Assembly: GCA_051362555.1 (NCBI GenBank)
Contig: CM120642.1
Coordinates: forward strand, 868,001 to 932,000
Source: Lingula anatina
Lineage: Eukaryota > Animalia > Brachiopoda
Reading direction: 5' to 3'
Length of the DNA stretch: 64,000 bases
Position 1 is the stretch's first letter; every line of letters starts with the position of its first letter. The translations under genes were made by a program, and so were the position numbers. Positions 25,099 through 38,597 of this stretch are shown here, in pieces. The notes under the pieces are model-generated. The model did no database searches. It saw nothing but the letters and a program-made list of their open reading frames with translations, and had not been told where the DNA came from.

Positions 25099-27265
25099 GA
25101 AGTCGTTAGTAATATAGTGATTTTCGTCTCTGTTATCATCATTATCATCACGTCTTCCTCACAAATTGCTCTTCAATTCGATTTTAACGCGTTTATCGTT
25201 AGAGATATTGGACGTAACTGCATCCGAAGCTGTTTGGCGTGGAGCACCTTGCAAGGAAGTGATAACATCTTCATCAGCGGACGGAGGGTAGAAATAACAT
25301 TGATTAAATCTCGTCCTCCACGCCGTGCACGGGATAAATGGGCATTCTTCCGCAAGAGATCGACTTTTGACACTATCAAAATGTTAATGTTATTGCCTCA
25401 CTTAAATATAGCTTGTTTTTATCTTACAAAATCTCTCTCTCTCTCGTTTTTTTACAAACAAAATCAGTACCCCGGGACCATAACATAAATATATAAATAT
25501 ATATACAGGTATCTGATATCTCGTAGCATTTTTTATTGTCGGTGTAGATTCAGTCATATCAAAGCTATTGACTTAATGACCACCAAGTTTTAATTACTTG
25601 CGACATGCTCTGAACGCCAAGGACAAACTGAACAAGAATTAAAAGAAAATTAAATACATAAGTAAAACAACATTACAGAACCCTTGTTTAGATGTAACAG
25701 GTGGACTCAAGACAAGCCCCATTGAGAGCTGAACTAGTTTTTGAGCATTGCTACTACATTGTAGAAACTGTGAGCACAGTGAGGCATAAGAAAGTGAAAA
25801 TCGATGAGCTCCATGTACTGTGTAAAATAGAAAGCTTTCCCAGACTGAGTTGCATAAGCATGGCAAATGTCTCGAGAAAATTGAATTAGTGGTCAATTTT
25901 TCACGACAATTTGAAGTCAGTAGAATAATTAAATTCGCCTTATTTGTTCCTCTTAATACTTTAGACCAATCCACAGTGCCTTATTGCAAAACAGATCAAT
26001 TTTACCTGAAATGGTTTATCCTTTTAAGATCAAAAGCTACAGAACACTCATGTCAGTATTACCTTAATACCACTTGCTACTTCATATTTCATTCCTACCC
26101 CCCCCTCCCCAAGAAAAAAAAAAGAATTAATGACTCACAAAATCGAAGCTATTAAGATTGTGTATTACGATACTTCAATGTAAATGAACGGTTTTAATTT
26201 AGCGATTTGATATGAATGTGGACGCACAGACGTCAGAGCATAGAATTCAGCAAGTAAAAAGACGGAAGCCAAGCCAGCACGGACGATCAATTTGCATAGA
26301 ATTACACCACAGCAGAGTGGAGTGAAACTTAAGGCTGGTTTATTGATGTTTTTACTCTCACTGCCTTACTTTACTGTATCGATGAACTGTGTTTTCACAA
26401 CCGCCTGAAATCGATCAGAGGACGGGTGCATTTATCCACCAACAGTGGCCCCATCATACATCCACTGCCCCAAACATGAACGGAATAACCACTTTAATGA
26501 TTATGCCGTTTCAGGGCTAACCAGGATGTGACAGTAACGGGGTACCAGCATAGTTAACACTGCGACGCGCTCGGCTCGACTGGACCGGGACCTCTCGTCT
26601 TGGGGCGGATTTGTCGTTTCTGATGCGTAAATAAAAGTCAAAGGAATCGGCTGGGGTAAGTTTCATTAAGTTGCCGAGTTGCGTTCGTTTTTTATCAAGT
26701 GGGCTTCAACGAAGTAGGAGTTTAGATGTACACTGAGACAACAGAGTGTAATGGTATGTACACCTTTTGTGTGGAACATGAAGTAAAGTTTTAGGTCATC
26801 GTTTAACGTGTGACTTAATTATGTGTTGTATTTAAAGGTAAAGACAGCGTATAGAGAAACTATGGGAAGGAGATGAATGTCAATTTTGGTTCCTGTCCGC
26901 ACTTGGTTGAAGACACGTTTGTTTGTGTGACTAAACTATAGTTTTATATTTGATTTTAACACCTGGTCTAGAAGGCCCGCTCGTTATTTCCATCCATCCT
27001 CGAAAGCGTTACTGTTTTTAATTTAATCATTCTTTGAATTGTGGTTCAGGTTAAACGTTTTTAAGAATATGGAGGGGGAGGCGTAGATGTTTTGCGAGCT
27101 ATTTTATTTGGCATTCATCGTGTGTGTGTGTGCGCGCGCGCGCGTGCATGATGAGAAAGAGAGAGAGGCGGGGTATGTTATCTTCACATCTTAGCAGCAG
27201 CCCTGCTCTATTGATCAAATGTAAGTCTGCATAACATGTCCAGAGTTATCATAACACATAGGGAA

Positions 27266-28665
27266 GCCCCTCGTCAGTCTCTGGGGCAGGTGTACTAGTT
27301 CGCTAGACTTTTAGTGGTAAAAATTTAGCCATATCAGGGTCCCCGTGAAGGTAATTTTCTCCCTTAGGATGAGATACACCCTGGGATTCCAAGATTATAT
27401 GACTGGAGACTATCAAGATGTCTTTACCGCTCGTTACTAATAACAGCAACCCAGGGTGGATGAAATATGGCGTGAATTGTGGTGAAATTTTGATCCGCGC
27501 AAAGAACTTTGTGGTGACATTGATGAATAATATGATGTGACGTGTTATCTTCAGATCAACGGAGATGAACTCGTGGAGAGATAGAGTGGAAAACAGAACA
27601 CAAAAAATACTCGTGGGATGCTGTTACACACGGCAACATGTACTTGGCTACAACGTGTCGTTAGTTTTGTATAAAAGAGACGAGATTCCCTGACGACCGG
27701 TGTCCGCTTACCGTAACTAGATAATAACCAAATGTCAGAGGCACAAAACCACCATACAGCTAGGTCATCTATCAAATTTCAATAATAAAAGGAATATGTG
27801 TACTAAACCCCCGCTAAAAATACCACCAGAATCCTTTTTGTGAATGTTTTTAAACAGAAAAGTTTACGCTTTGTGAGGTGCAATGTCATTATCTTATGAA
27901 AAGAAGAAATTCGTGGTATAGAAGAAAATAAGAGATAATATATTGTCGGAGGTTGAGAGCTGCAGGGTATGAGAGGAATAGTAGTCCGCTAGAAACAGTA
28001 GTCCTATCCCTATTACTTTGTACAGGTGACTTTCGTCCCAAAGACTAACCCCAATACTAACCCCAATACTCCAACCAAGAAGTTATAATGAGATCTCATT
28101 ATAACTTCTTGCTCCAACTAACCTTAACTAGTACTAATCATTTGGGGCCTCGGACTTCCATGCCTAGGACACAAACAGATAAATATCATCCTGAAATGAC
28201 ACGCACCACCAGTGTTTAATTTATTTAAAATTTGCTGTTAATTAATTAAGTTTACAGGTAGCAGGCCAGGTTTTGGGAGGTGTGGGGTTGAGGGAAGGGG
28301 ATGGAGGGTTGACACACATTTCTGGCACCTCTGTTGGCCCGTTGAATGTGACAGTAAATATTTGACCCGTGGCACTATTTCCAATAATCTTAATTCCTCG
28401 AGGGCAACTAGGGACAAAACAGACAAAACAGACAACCCCCTCGTCAATCTCTGGGGCAAGTGTACTAGTCTGCTAAACTTATTGTATTTAGAATTTGGCG
28501 GTATCAGGGTCCCCGGTGAAGGTAATTTTCACCCGCAGGGTGACATACGCCCGCAGGGTGACATACGCCCTGACTGGAGACTATCACGATACCGCTATCG
28601 CTGCTAATAACAGCTACCCAGAGTGGATGAAAAATGTCGTAAATTGGGGTGATATTTTGATTCGT
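27266..28665 (+). repeat. Pair of diverged ~230-bp direct repeats (about 27266-27496 and 28437-28665)
   Basis: Shared blocks CCCCTCGTCA.TCTCTGGGGCA.GTGTACTAGT, TATCAGGGTCCCCG..GAAGGTAATTTTC, TGACTGGAGACTATCA and CTAATAACAGC.ACCCAG.GTGGATGAAA. Confidence 0.85.
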
Positions 28666-31600
28666 CTTATAAAGTTTGGCGTGCTGACACACACATGTAA
28701 AACACAATCTAATGTTCATTAACAGCAGTAAACATATAATGATTGATCCACACCTAAACATATTAGACAACTATCTTATTATTATTATTTATGTGTCACT
28801 GATGATGCCCGTATCCCAAAACAATGCTTTCAGGATAGCTCTGACAGTGAGAGAAGTATATGAAACATGTGGGTCGTTATAGTCATATACAAGATTACAT
28901 TCATTTTGTTATAATAGGACTAAAATAATCATGGTAGACAAATTAGCACAGTGACGGGAAAACTTTTCAGGTCATCACAGGGTCCGGGTCAGATTCTTGC
29001 CGGATTCATAGATCCACGGGGGGTGGGGGGGGGGGGGGAGTGGAGGGGGTGCACAGTGGGTCATGTACCTCCACCTTAGTCTTAGATGTCATGAATCCCT
29101 TCCTTCCTCCTGTACAACTGTACACTAAGGAAACAAAGTTAAACAAAATTCCCATCCTGGCGCCCTACTTACACATATTGTGAGCGAAACGAAATCCCGG
29201 ATCCTGTCTATAGCAGTACATGTCACACGTACGGGGATAGTCTTGACTGATACCGTATGTACAGCTATGATTTCCTAGCCCCGTGGACATGGAGTTGTTA
29301 TTTATATATAGATATGCTTGGTCTTTTAACATTTGCTGAAAGTCATTGGAAGCAGCAAAAACAATAAAATACAGCGAACACAGCGGATGATACTGGTATA
29401 TACATATGGTAGGCAAAACAGTGACTTATTATTATTGCTGTCAAACTGTAACTGCTGGCAGATTGTAAAGGAGATCATATGCAGGGGACTTTGGGGTGAA
29501 GTGACACGCGAAAACAGCGACGCTGACTCTTTGACAGAGTGGAGAATTTTACCACTTTTTAACATAACCACACGTTCTGTACAGTCGTGATTTGCCTGTT
29601 GTTCACTAGGAAAAGAAACCACGGAGACAGCTTACATTCTAATATATAATGACATACAACACTGTGGTATGAGATAACATCATGTAGAAGTCTGGCAGAA
29701 ACTAGTGGGGGCTAACGCTGTCAACTTATAAACCTTTGATAGTCCACATGGACAATAATGGCAGAAAAGAGACAGTCGATTTTAATATGTTCACTCGTGG
29801 ATTAGCAGAGGGTCGACCGTCATTTTGGGCCGTGGACGACTACATTTCATCAACAAAAGGACCTCGTGTAAGTAATGCAGAGAGAAAGATGTGTCACGAG
29901 TGGGAAGTGTCTACAGTGGCGGGCCCAAGGCAAGGTGACCCCCCCCCCCCCCCCTTATAGCTTAGGATGCCCCCCCTTAGGTAAGGAGCCCCCCCCCCCC
30001 CCCCCCCATTTCTTAATAGTGTTGCAAGCGAAGGCGATTTTTCCATCCTTGTACACTGCATAATATATAATAAGCTGGCTTCATCTATTAGGTCCTTAAT
30101 TGTACTCTCCTCATCGTTAAACCATTGGATATTGGACGCCGCATCAAAATAGTTTTGCTTAGAGAAAGTTACTGTAAGTGCTCGAAACCCAGGGAATTAA
30201 TTGACGGTTTTCAATCACACCCGCCAGATCGGAAATTAACGTTTATTATGATGTATATAAAAAAGCGATGTCCCGATAAAATTCTATATGACTATAGCAA
30301 CGCATTAGAAACTTGCATGCCATTCCATCGTGTAACATAGCTCAGTGCTTGTCTAAAATTTGATAAAATTAGAAATATGATAATGTAATTACACAGTCAG
30401 CCATGTAGTCTCTGTACAATGTCATATGGTAGACCTGCAGCTCTGGTGAAGATGATGTCTTGATGAAGACTATAAAAAGTTTATGTAAACTACTGAGCCA
30501 CATAAAAAAGTCCCATATGTTTTTTTTTTTCATAGTCAAACTCAACTGATGATTATCTGAACAGGAAACTGATGTTCCTATTACCAGCTGGCTCTGTTCG
30601 GTGCTATCAAACCGCGTCTTGTCACCTTAGAACTGCAGTAACATAAGATTTCCGAGAACTTATACCAGGCGTGGGTTCTAGGAATACGCCAATAACTTGA
30701 TCAAATTAAAATAAACAAATACAGAGAATGCCACGACAACACAGAAGAGGTCTTCTGCAGTTACCATTCTCTTCATCGAACATCATCGTAACATGATATC
30801 AGATTCGTGACTAAGATTGCTAACTGTAATAAAAGATGCTCAGTCTTTTCACTGTACATTGCACACTGCAGTTAGGAAGGAAATAACCACGCTGCAGTAG
30901 TGTTTGGCGTCACAGAAGGAAAAGTGGACAGCCCTCTGGATATTTCTTTCCTCATAGAGGTGAAATTTCAAGAGCGGGCTATCGCTGTATCGCCTGGCTA
31001 TATCCCTATCTATGGTTTTCTCATGGACACGGTTAGTTGTGTGTTTATTTGCGTGCACACTCGCGCGTGTTCGTGTGTGCGAGTGCTTGCGTATATGTGT
31101 ACGCCCACCATTGAGTGAGCGTGTGTTACATGCTCTTTTGGGTGGTTACGTAAGGGTCATTGTTTACAAAAGTGTTTGTTTATGAACATTTGTTTGTGTG
31201 CGTGCAGTCCTTGGCTGTTTTTTCCGGATCGACAATTTATTACAGCTGTTAAAATATCATTTATACTACCTGTCTCAACCTCCGTTGGCTTAGTCATTAC
31301 ACTGTAGAGAAATTGCCGTTTTTTTTTCTTTAAACAAGATAAGGAAATTTGCGATCTAGACTAGATTATACAAATAATGTACCACAAAGATATTTTTATC
31401 GTGATAAAATATATTAAATTGGACTTGCTGTGACGTATCTTCCTTTCCCGCTGTTGATTAGGTTTTTATTTATTGGTCGAAAGTGAGTGACTCTCAGTCT
31501 TGTAACTCAAATCTATCTGTAGTCGCTGGTCTTGTAATAGAATTTTGCATCGATCTGCAGGGGATGGTCCCTTCCATTATTGGCCTCGCGTATTCAATGT

Positions 31601-33538
31601 CGGGCGAACCTTTATAACCAACGTAATAGCAGCAGCATCCTATTACTAGCTAATACAATTACAATATACTATCAAATATAAAATACATTGTTCGTTTATC
31701 CCAAATGGCAGGGTTTATTAATAAAGGTGTCTGTTGCTGTGGTAATTTAAGCTGTTTATTAACCTAAATTTCCTCTTATTTGATTATATAAATTGACGGG
31801 CCAGCTGCGCGGTGATCTACGGGGTAAACAGATGTTCAAAGATTTCAATTTCTAAAATTAATTGATTAAATGAAAAATATACCACACGTATTTGATAATG
31901 TCCTTAAAATAAGCTTATGTCTAAATGTATATGTTACACTTATCTTCCCTATTCAGACCTTTTCAATGATAAAAACCATCAAATAAAATTAAAGTACTTG
32001 ATGCCGAAATTCCTTTGAAATGTCACGAAGACTGGCGGTCTAAATAAATCATGATTCGTTAAGAGCGGACTTATTTAATTAGAAATGGTACAAAACCTCC
32101 AGTCCAAGCACAGGGACGGGGCGAGCAATGATTGCAATGGTCAGGAAAGCAATGGGTAGGAGAAATTGATTTTATCTGGAGAAAAATAAGATTTGGTTCG
32201 AAAATCCAGTATAGGATTCCTTCCGAAAAACGTGTCATGATAGCGTTTACATCTGTACCAAGGTGTTGATACCTGTTGTCCCCAAAGCATAGCAAATGGC
32301 AGGCTTGGTCTAAGCACATATTTTTATGATCAAAATGGGATTTAAAATTTTCTTATGAGGTTACTACATATTAATCGCAGCCGTCTGCTTTAACTGTAAG
32401 GAGAGGGGAGCGTCCCCTGCCTACATGTACATCTGATCTGATGCCGTTATTTAGATTAGGAAGAAGAACGTTTAAATTGTAAAGACTTCAGAGTCGCAGA
32501 ATGAGCGATGGACTTTTATACGGATATTAATATATATTATACCATCACGAGGGAGGTGACCAAACTGCATCTTCTTACATGTACATGTTCAAAAATCAGA
32601 AGCTTAGTTATATAACCTATCTATTGGTAGCAATTTTCTTAGCGAGAAACCCTGCTGAAATTTTCAAGAATATTTGTTTTTCGTTTCAATTGATGTCCAG
32701 CACGGATGGTACACTTCATATAGTAATCCTTAAGTTAAGACCAGATCATGTTGCCAGGGGTGGATGACGTCAGCTGTGCTGTGTTCAGCATGCAGCATGG
32801 TGCCGCGTGCAGCACGTGTAGAGTTGCTGAATTTGCATATGTACACAACAATAGAGATTGTCAGTTCAGAAGGGAGTGGACTAAATAGCCCACCCTATAG
32901 AGCCAGATACCAATATTAAGCCAGGGTTGATATTAAATGGACTGCAGAATGCGCTGAACGGAGGGGGATTGGCGATACCGGGGTGCAATCAGGGTCGCGT
33001 GCAGCTACTGGACGACCTCCGACATCATACCTCTGTATTCACAGTAGGCTTAAGTCACTGTATTGATACAAAAGATCAGGCTAGCACGGAGCAGTCGATA
33101 CTCGGACCTGTGACCCACGGGAGAGAAAACTGTCCAGATGCTGTTTAATCAATGCCGTTTGTTAACTAGTGGATATCACAATTGATTGAATGAGCCAATG
33201 AAGGTTGGGCGACAGTCCTTGAAAAACTGCTTGGAAAACTGTGGAGTAAGTATGTTATCTTATTATGAGGCTTTTGTGGCTTTGCATGTGACGGTATAAT
33301 GAAAACTGGCTGATTTACTGCTTTTTCGTTTTTATCGCATTTAATGATCGTTACATCCAACCTTAGGGTTGGAGTCATCGACAAAGCGGTAGGGAATATC
33401 TTCATATTGCGGACCATTGAGAGATAGCACTGCTTAGACTTCCTAACCTAACCTCTATTTTGTAAAGGCTGAAAAATACCCCCTAAATAAGAAGCGTTGA
33501 TAAGCTGTACCCGCTACCAGCTCACAGAGATATTTTTC

Positions 33539-33776
33539 TCACTAGATATTCACAGATATTTCTCTGGCTATTCACTAGATATTCACAGATATTTCTCTGG
33601 CTATTCACTAGATATTCACATATATTTCTCTGGCTATTCACTAGATATTCACAGATATTTCTCTGGCTATTCACTAGATATTCACAGATATTTCTCTGGC
33701 TATTCACTAGATATTCACAGATATTTCTCTGGCTATTCACTAGATATTCACGTATATTTCTCTGGCTATTCACTAG
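33539..33776. repeat. 33-bp minisatellite, about 7 copies
   Basis: Unit TCACTAGATATTCACAGATATTTCTCTGGCTAT. It accounts for the repetitive ORFs on both strands. Confidence 0.95.
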
Positions 33777-36036
33777 CTCAGAACATTTCTGCACTGTAAA
33801 GAATTATTACACAACATTGACGTCATCTCTCAGCTGGCCCCTGGCAGAGAGAAGTAAAAACAAAGACATTTAATCGAGGCAGTTCTACTGCACCCATCCG
33901 TAGTGATACCAGTGAACGTCTGTAGTTAGATATTAGGACAGTTGAAAAATTGCTTAGTGTATCGTATCAAAGACCTAGACAATTATCCGATAATTTAAGT
34001 TAAGTAGGTTATATTTTCAAGAAGTTATTCTGTTTAAGAGCGTTTCTGATATCATTTTTATATCTGATATATTTGTATACAGGGGACTGTTTTAAAGTAT
34101 TATACACATAATGTTAAAGTTACACTGTTCACGGTTAGTGCAGATGTCCTATCGATATTCTTCACCAAATACAGCAAATATGTATGGAGAAAAAATAAGC
34201 AAACTTTATCTTGATTTGACTAATCAACTAATCAAGTGTCAAGCGTTCTGACCGGACTGGGTAGTCTCTCAATTCATAATTTAATTAACAAAAGAGAATA
34301 ATGTGGAGGAAATGAGGAAAACGAACAGTCCTTGCGGGTGAGCGTAAATCAAGAGGCAATTTTGAACAGGAAATGAAAGTAATCAAGCTTTTCGATGAGT
34401 ATGTGTGAAGGTAAAGGCGTGTTTGTGTGTGTGCGTGCACGCGGGAATGTCATTGTGTGCATTTGCGGACACGTGTCAAAAACTGAGGTTATATTATCCG
34501 ATTAAAGAAGACTTGAAATTCTGACAGCAGTGGATAGCACATGACGGGGTGTTATTAAGACAGGTACAGCTGCATCTAATGGGGATCTCAATGGCCAAAA
34601 TTTGGCGCCGAACTCAGATAATCATAAACTTATTTGCCACGACAGCGGGTGTTTTAGTATGCCATTTTCACAATGCCATTTGTACGCCTTATGAAAAGTA
34701 ATGTTTAGGCAAAATAAGGTTTTTTTTCTTTGTTGAGATTAATGCGGTTATCAGTGATGAATTACCATAATGTAAAATGTCTGAAGCTTTCAATTTGCAT
34801 AAGTCGTAATTGAAAATAAAATTCGAAATCATTAACGCATGCTCATTTTTCAATTATGGGTTTTAAACTTGCCGAGAGAAAATGAAAAGTAACAGAAAGT
34901 TGAAAAACCGTGCTTTGATCGCGTGGGAAAGATAATAAATTAATTGTCAATTTTCCCAGTGAAATTGAATGCCGGGCACCGTAATTTTTTTCTGTCCTTA
35001 TAGGTCCAGTAAAAACAAATATTCTTATCTCTCAGTGCCCCAGAGGGGGGGGGGGCATTTGAAAACCTGGCATGTGCAAACTGCTCTCTTTGCAAACACA
35101 GTAGGGTGTCTCTGTCTCCTTTGCATCTAAATTTAAAAAAAACGAAACACATTGAAGTTAATTCATATATTACCAAACGCCCAGATTAGTGATTTGGGCG
35201 GATAAAGTGTTCATGTCCACATTTTGAAAACATTCAATCCGCCTCTAAAGAGCAACTTGGAGGATGTCTCATGCCAAGATGGCCGCCGTCACGCATACGG
35301 TGATTTAGAAATGGGTAATGATCACGAAAACAATACCCCGCCCCCCCCCCCCCCCCTCTTTTTCTTTTCTGAAGAGTAACGGTATAAAGTATCTCCGCGT
35401 TGGTCTACAGCATGATGGTGCATATGCGCATGCTCAGTAATATCATCTCATCCGAGTTTGTTTGATTACATCATTTAGTCGGGTTTCTTTGTATCAATCT
35501 AGATTGTCATCACTGCAATATAAGAAGGCACAGTCGCTTATGTCTTATCTGACATGTCTAATTCCATTTCTAATTTGATCCGGGAGATATTTCAGATCGA
35601 TTGAGCAAGCATCTAGCACCTACGGATTCTGTGTCCTCTAAAATCGAAAGTCGGTGGTTAAATTGAGCCTACTTTCCCGCCAATCAATAAAACGCAAAGA
35701 GGTATCTTAAAAGACGGAACGACGAGAGTAATTATTACGATATTATAGCGCTATTGGGTCTGGGGACGGCCAGACTTGCTTATATTGGGGGCCCCTAAGG
35801 ACGCCGGTTCGATCCGCTGAAATCGCCCCCTTCACTGATGACTTATCAATTGTCCACAGACAGTACAGGGTCTCTAGGAAATATAATCAAATTACTGCAC
35901 CGTAAGTTGAGAGGAGCGTTTACACAAAAGGCACTAATGCTGGAATTTGAAAATATCTGAAATTAAGAATTTGTTAAATTTGCCCGTGCGTCGCCTGATT
36001 GGTTGTCATTCAGAATGCGTTGGGGTAAATGTCTTG

Positions 36037-36073
<37 letters not shown>

Positions 36074-36444
36074 GTAATTGTGTAATAAAAATATCCATAT
36101 ACTTCCCATAACAATTACAAAAACTAAATTCGAATTCTTTTCTTTTTATAAATGTTTTTTGCTACAAACTGGGATAATTCAAAGTAGTCCTCTAAAATAA
36201 AATAAATATGATGGACTGAACACAGTTTATTTATAGAAAACAGGTGTTCTATTTCATTTCTCAACAACCGATTTGTCTTCAGTTAAAGGAGACAAAAATG
36301 TTTGTTGTGAAGGTTACGACCAACATCGGTCTGAAGTGTCTTCGTGGAAACAGTCCCTGGCGGTGACTTAGGGAATCAGTGGTCTATTCCTTGGTGTCTG
36401 AGCTCGGTCAGGGTTCTGGTCGGGCAGACGGCTATCGATATTCA

Positions 36445-36610
36445 CAGGGGCGGATCCAGATATATATTCTGACAGTCTTCCAAATTATGTTTGTTGATCT
36501 ATCCTCCATTTTTGACCGTCTTCCGACAGTAAAAATAAGATACCCGTCAATGTAAACTTGAAAATCTGAGTCTTCAGGAAGACCTAGAAGACGGTCTAAA
36601 TCCGCCCCTG
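36445..36610. mobile_element. 166-bp MITE with 5-bp target-site duplication
   Basis: ATTCA|CAGGGGCGGAT...ATCCGCCCCTG|ATTCA. Confidence 0.85.
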
Positions 36611-38504
36611 ATTCAGATTGAAACAAGGCAGTTCCCAGTGGTCCTGAATGCCAACCAATATCAATACACTCAGAAGACCAATTATCCAGAACCAGCTTGA
36701 AAACTGCGTCTCTTGACAGCCCACGATGTCAGTTTAATTGCGAACATTCTCGACAAGACGCTTTGCAGTGAAGGTATTAGCGTAAAAATATGAAAATATG
36801 TTTCAGATATATATCACGGTTATTCATACTGGTATTTATGTGCATGTGTTAGTCAAAGTTCAAGAAAAACATGTTATTAGTGAAGGACAGATATGCCAAA
36901 TGAGTATTTTATTCGACAAAGGATATTAAATTCAGAGAGTAGGGTCGGTTACAGGTATTGACTTGTGAATATTAGCCGCCTCCAGCATTGACTGTAGACA
37001 GCCCTGCGTCCAATGTAGACAGCCTTTCATACACTGGAAATTAACTTGGCAATAATCTCCTGAATTAGCCTGGAGCTTATAGCCGTCTAAAGTGGTGAAG
37101 TTCAAGTCATTTCTTGCGTAATGCCCTCGAGAATGTGAGGTCTAATAATAAAATAAGTATAATTATTTCACCGTTTTCACTTGAAAGTGAAAATTACCGA
37201 AGGTCTGTGTTTTGTTAGGGCTATTTATTTATGATTTTCCCCAATACTTTTTTTCACATTTGATAATCAGAAGTACTTAAACGTTCAATTTTAGTTAAGC
37301 TTATATATTCAGGCACATTTCTTTTTATCTTCCGAATACAAAAAAATGTTTTGCCAAAAGTCTGTGTTTTTGTGTCTACGAAGTTTTAGATTAACCACAT
37401 TACTCAAATTAGCTATTAGTCGATATTAATATTCATAGAAAAAAGATAAAATCTACACCATCCCATTGTTATAATAACTAAGCATACTGGGAGTTGTCTT
37501 CGTCTTATCTTTCTCAGGAACCTCGGCATCCTTGGCGTAGTTTTCCAATAATAACATTGCCTTTCTTATTTATCAAAGGCAGATAAAACTGTCTGCTATA
37601 CCTCGCGTTTGCTCTGTTCTGTAATTTTGACCAAAAAAAGAAGAAAAGAAAATATATTCCCCACAATCCTCCTGTATCACAAAACGCCTCGTGACACAGG
37701 GCATGTAACCTTCAACATTACGTACACGAAAAACCAATCAGTCTCAACCTGAGAGAAATAATATTGCATTCTCTGAAAGCAGTGGTCTGTAAACTCGGCT
37801 CTATTTCTGGGTGACTCTGAGGTAATGGTGCGATAACATCGACTGAGTGTATGGGTTAAGATCACACTTTCATCGCCACAGACGGTGATTACCTTGAATA
37901 ATATTCCAATGAATTGTTTGAACTACTCGGTCATGTCAACCTAATGGCTTCAGCATCTCGGGGTTCTCCAAGGCTTGGGTGCCGCCCAGGGTCTTATTGG
38001 CTTGGTGTCACCAGTATAGTATACTATATCTGAATATAGATGATGGTGTACATATATTCGTGAAGGAAGGGGGGGGGGGTGCAGAACCACGTGCTATAAA
38101 AATAAAAAGGGACATACACTTTGTGGTCGATACCTCGGGTCTGTCGCTGTTTAAAGATCCTGCGTAGAGTACAAGCAGATACATTTTATATTTCAATTGG
38201 GTGGGAATCCATGTATTTACTCTTACTCTTTGCCAAAACTTTTTGTGTCAGATATGAAGATATGTTATCCTCTTATCCGACATTCAATAGATTTGACCGT
38301 CGACTCCACGATGCTTTGTTGCTGTTTTGTTAATCATATATCTGAAATATTTTTTTTTATCGAATAGATTGATAAAATGAAAAAAGGGATACTATTATGG
38401 AATATTATGTGAAATAACGCATATCTTCATACTGATTCAGCATAATAAAAATATTTTAGATAAAGTGTGCCACCCGAACTTTCTTGCAGAATTGGAAGTA
38501 GCCG

Positions 38505-38597
38505 GTGGGGTAAGGGTGGGGTAAGGGTGGGTGGGGGTGGGGTAAGGGTAGGGTAAGGGTAGGGTGGGGGTGGATTGGGAGAAGGAGGAGGGGGGGT
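38505..38597 (+). repeat. G-rich degenerate (GGGTAA/GGGTA/GGGT) tract, G-quadruplex-prone
   Basis: About 12 G-runs of 3 or more in under 100 bp. Resembles telomere-like repeats carried inside some MITEs. Confidence 0.8.

Noticed and set aside
33497-33799. Repetitive ORFs on both strands (SLDIHRYFSGY / EYLVNSQRNIC)
   Set aside because: They are a by-product of a 33-bp minisatellite, with no splice or homology support.
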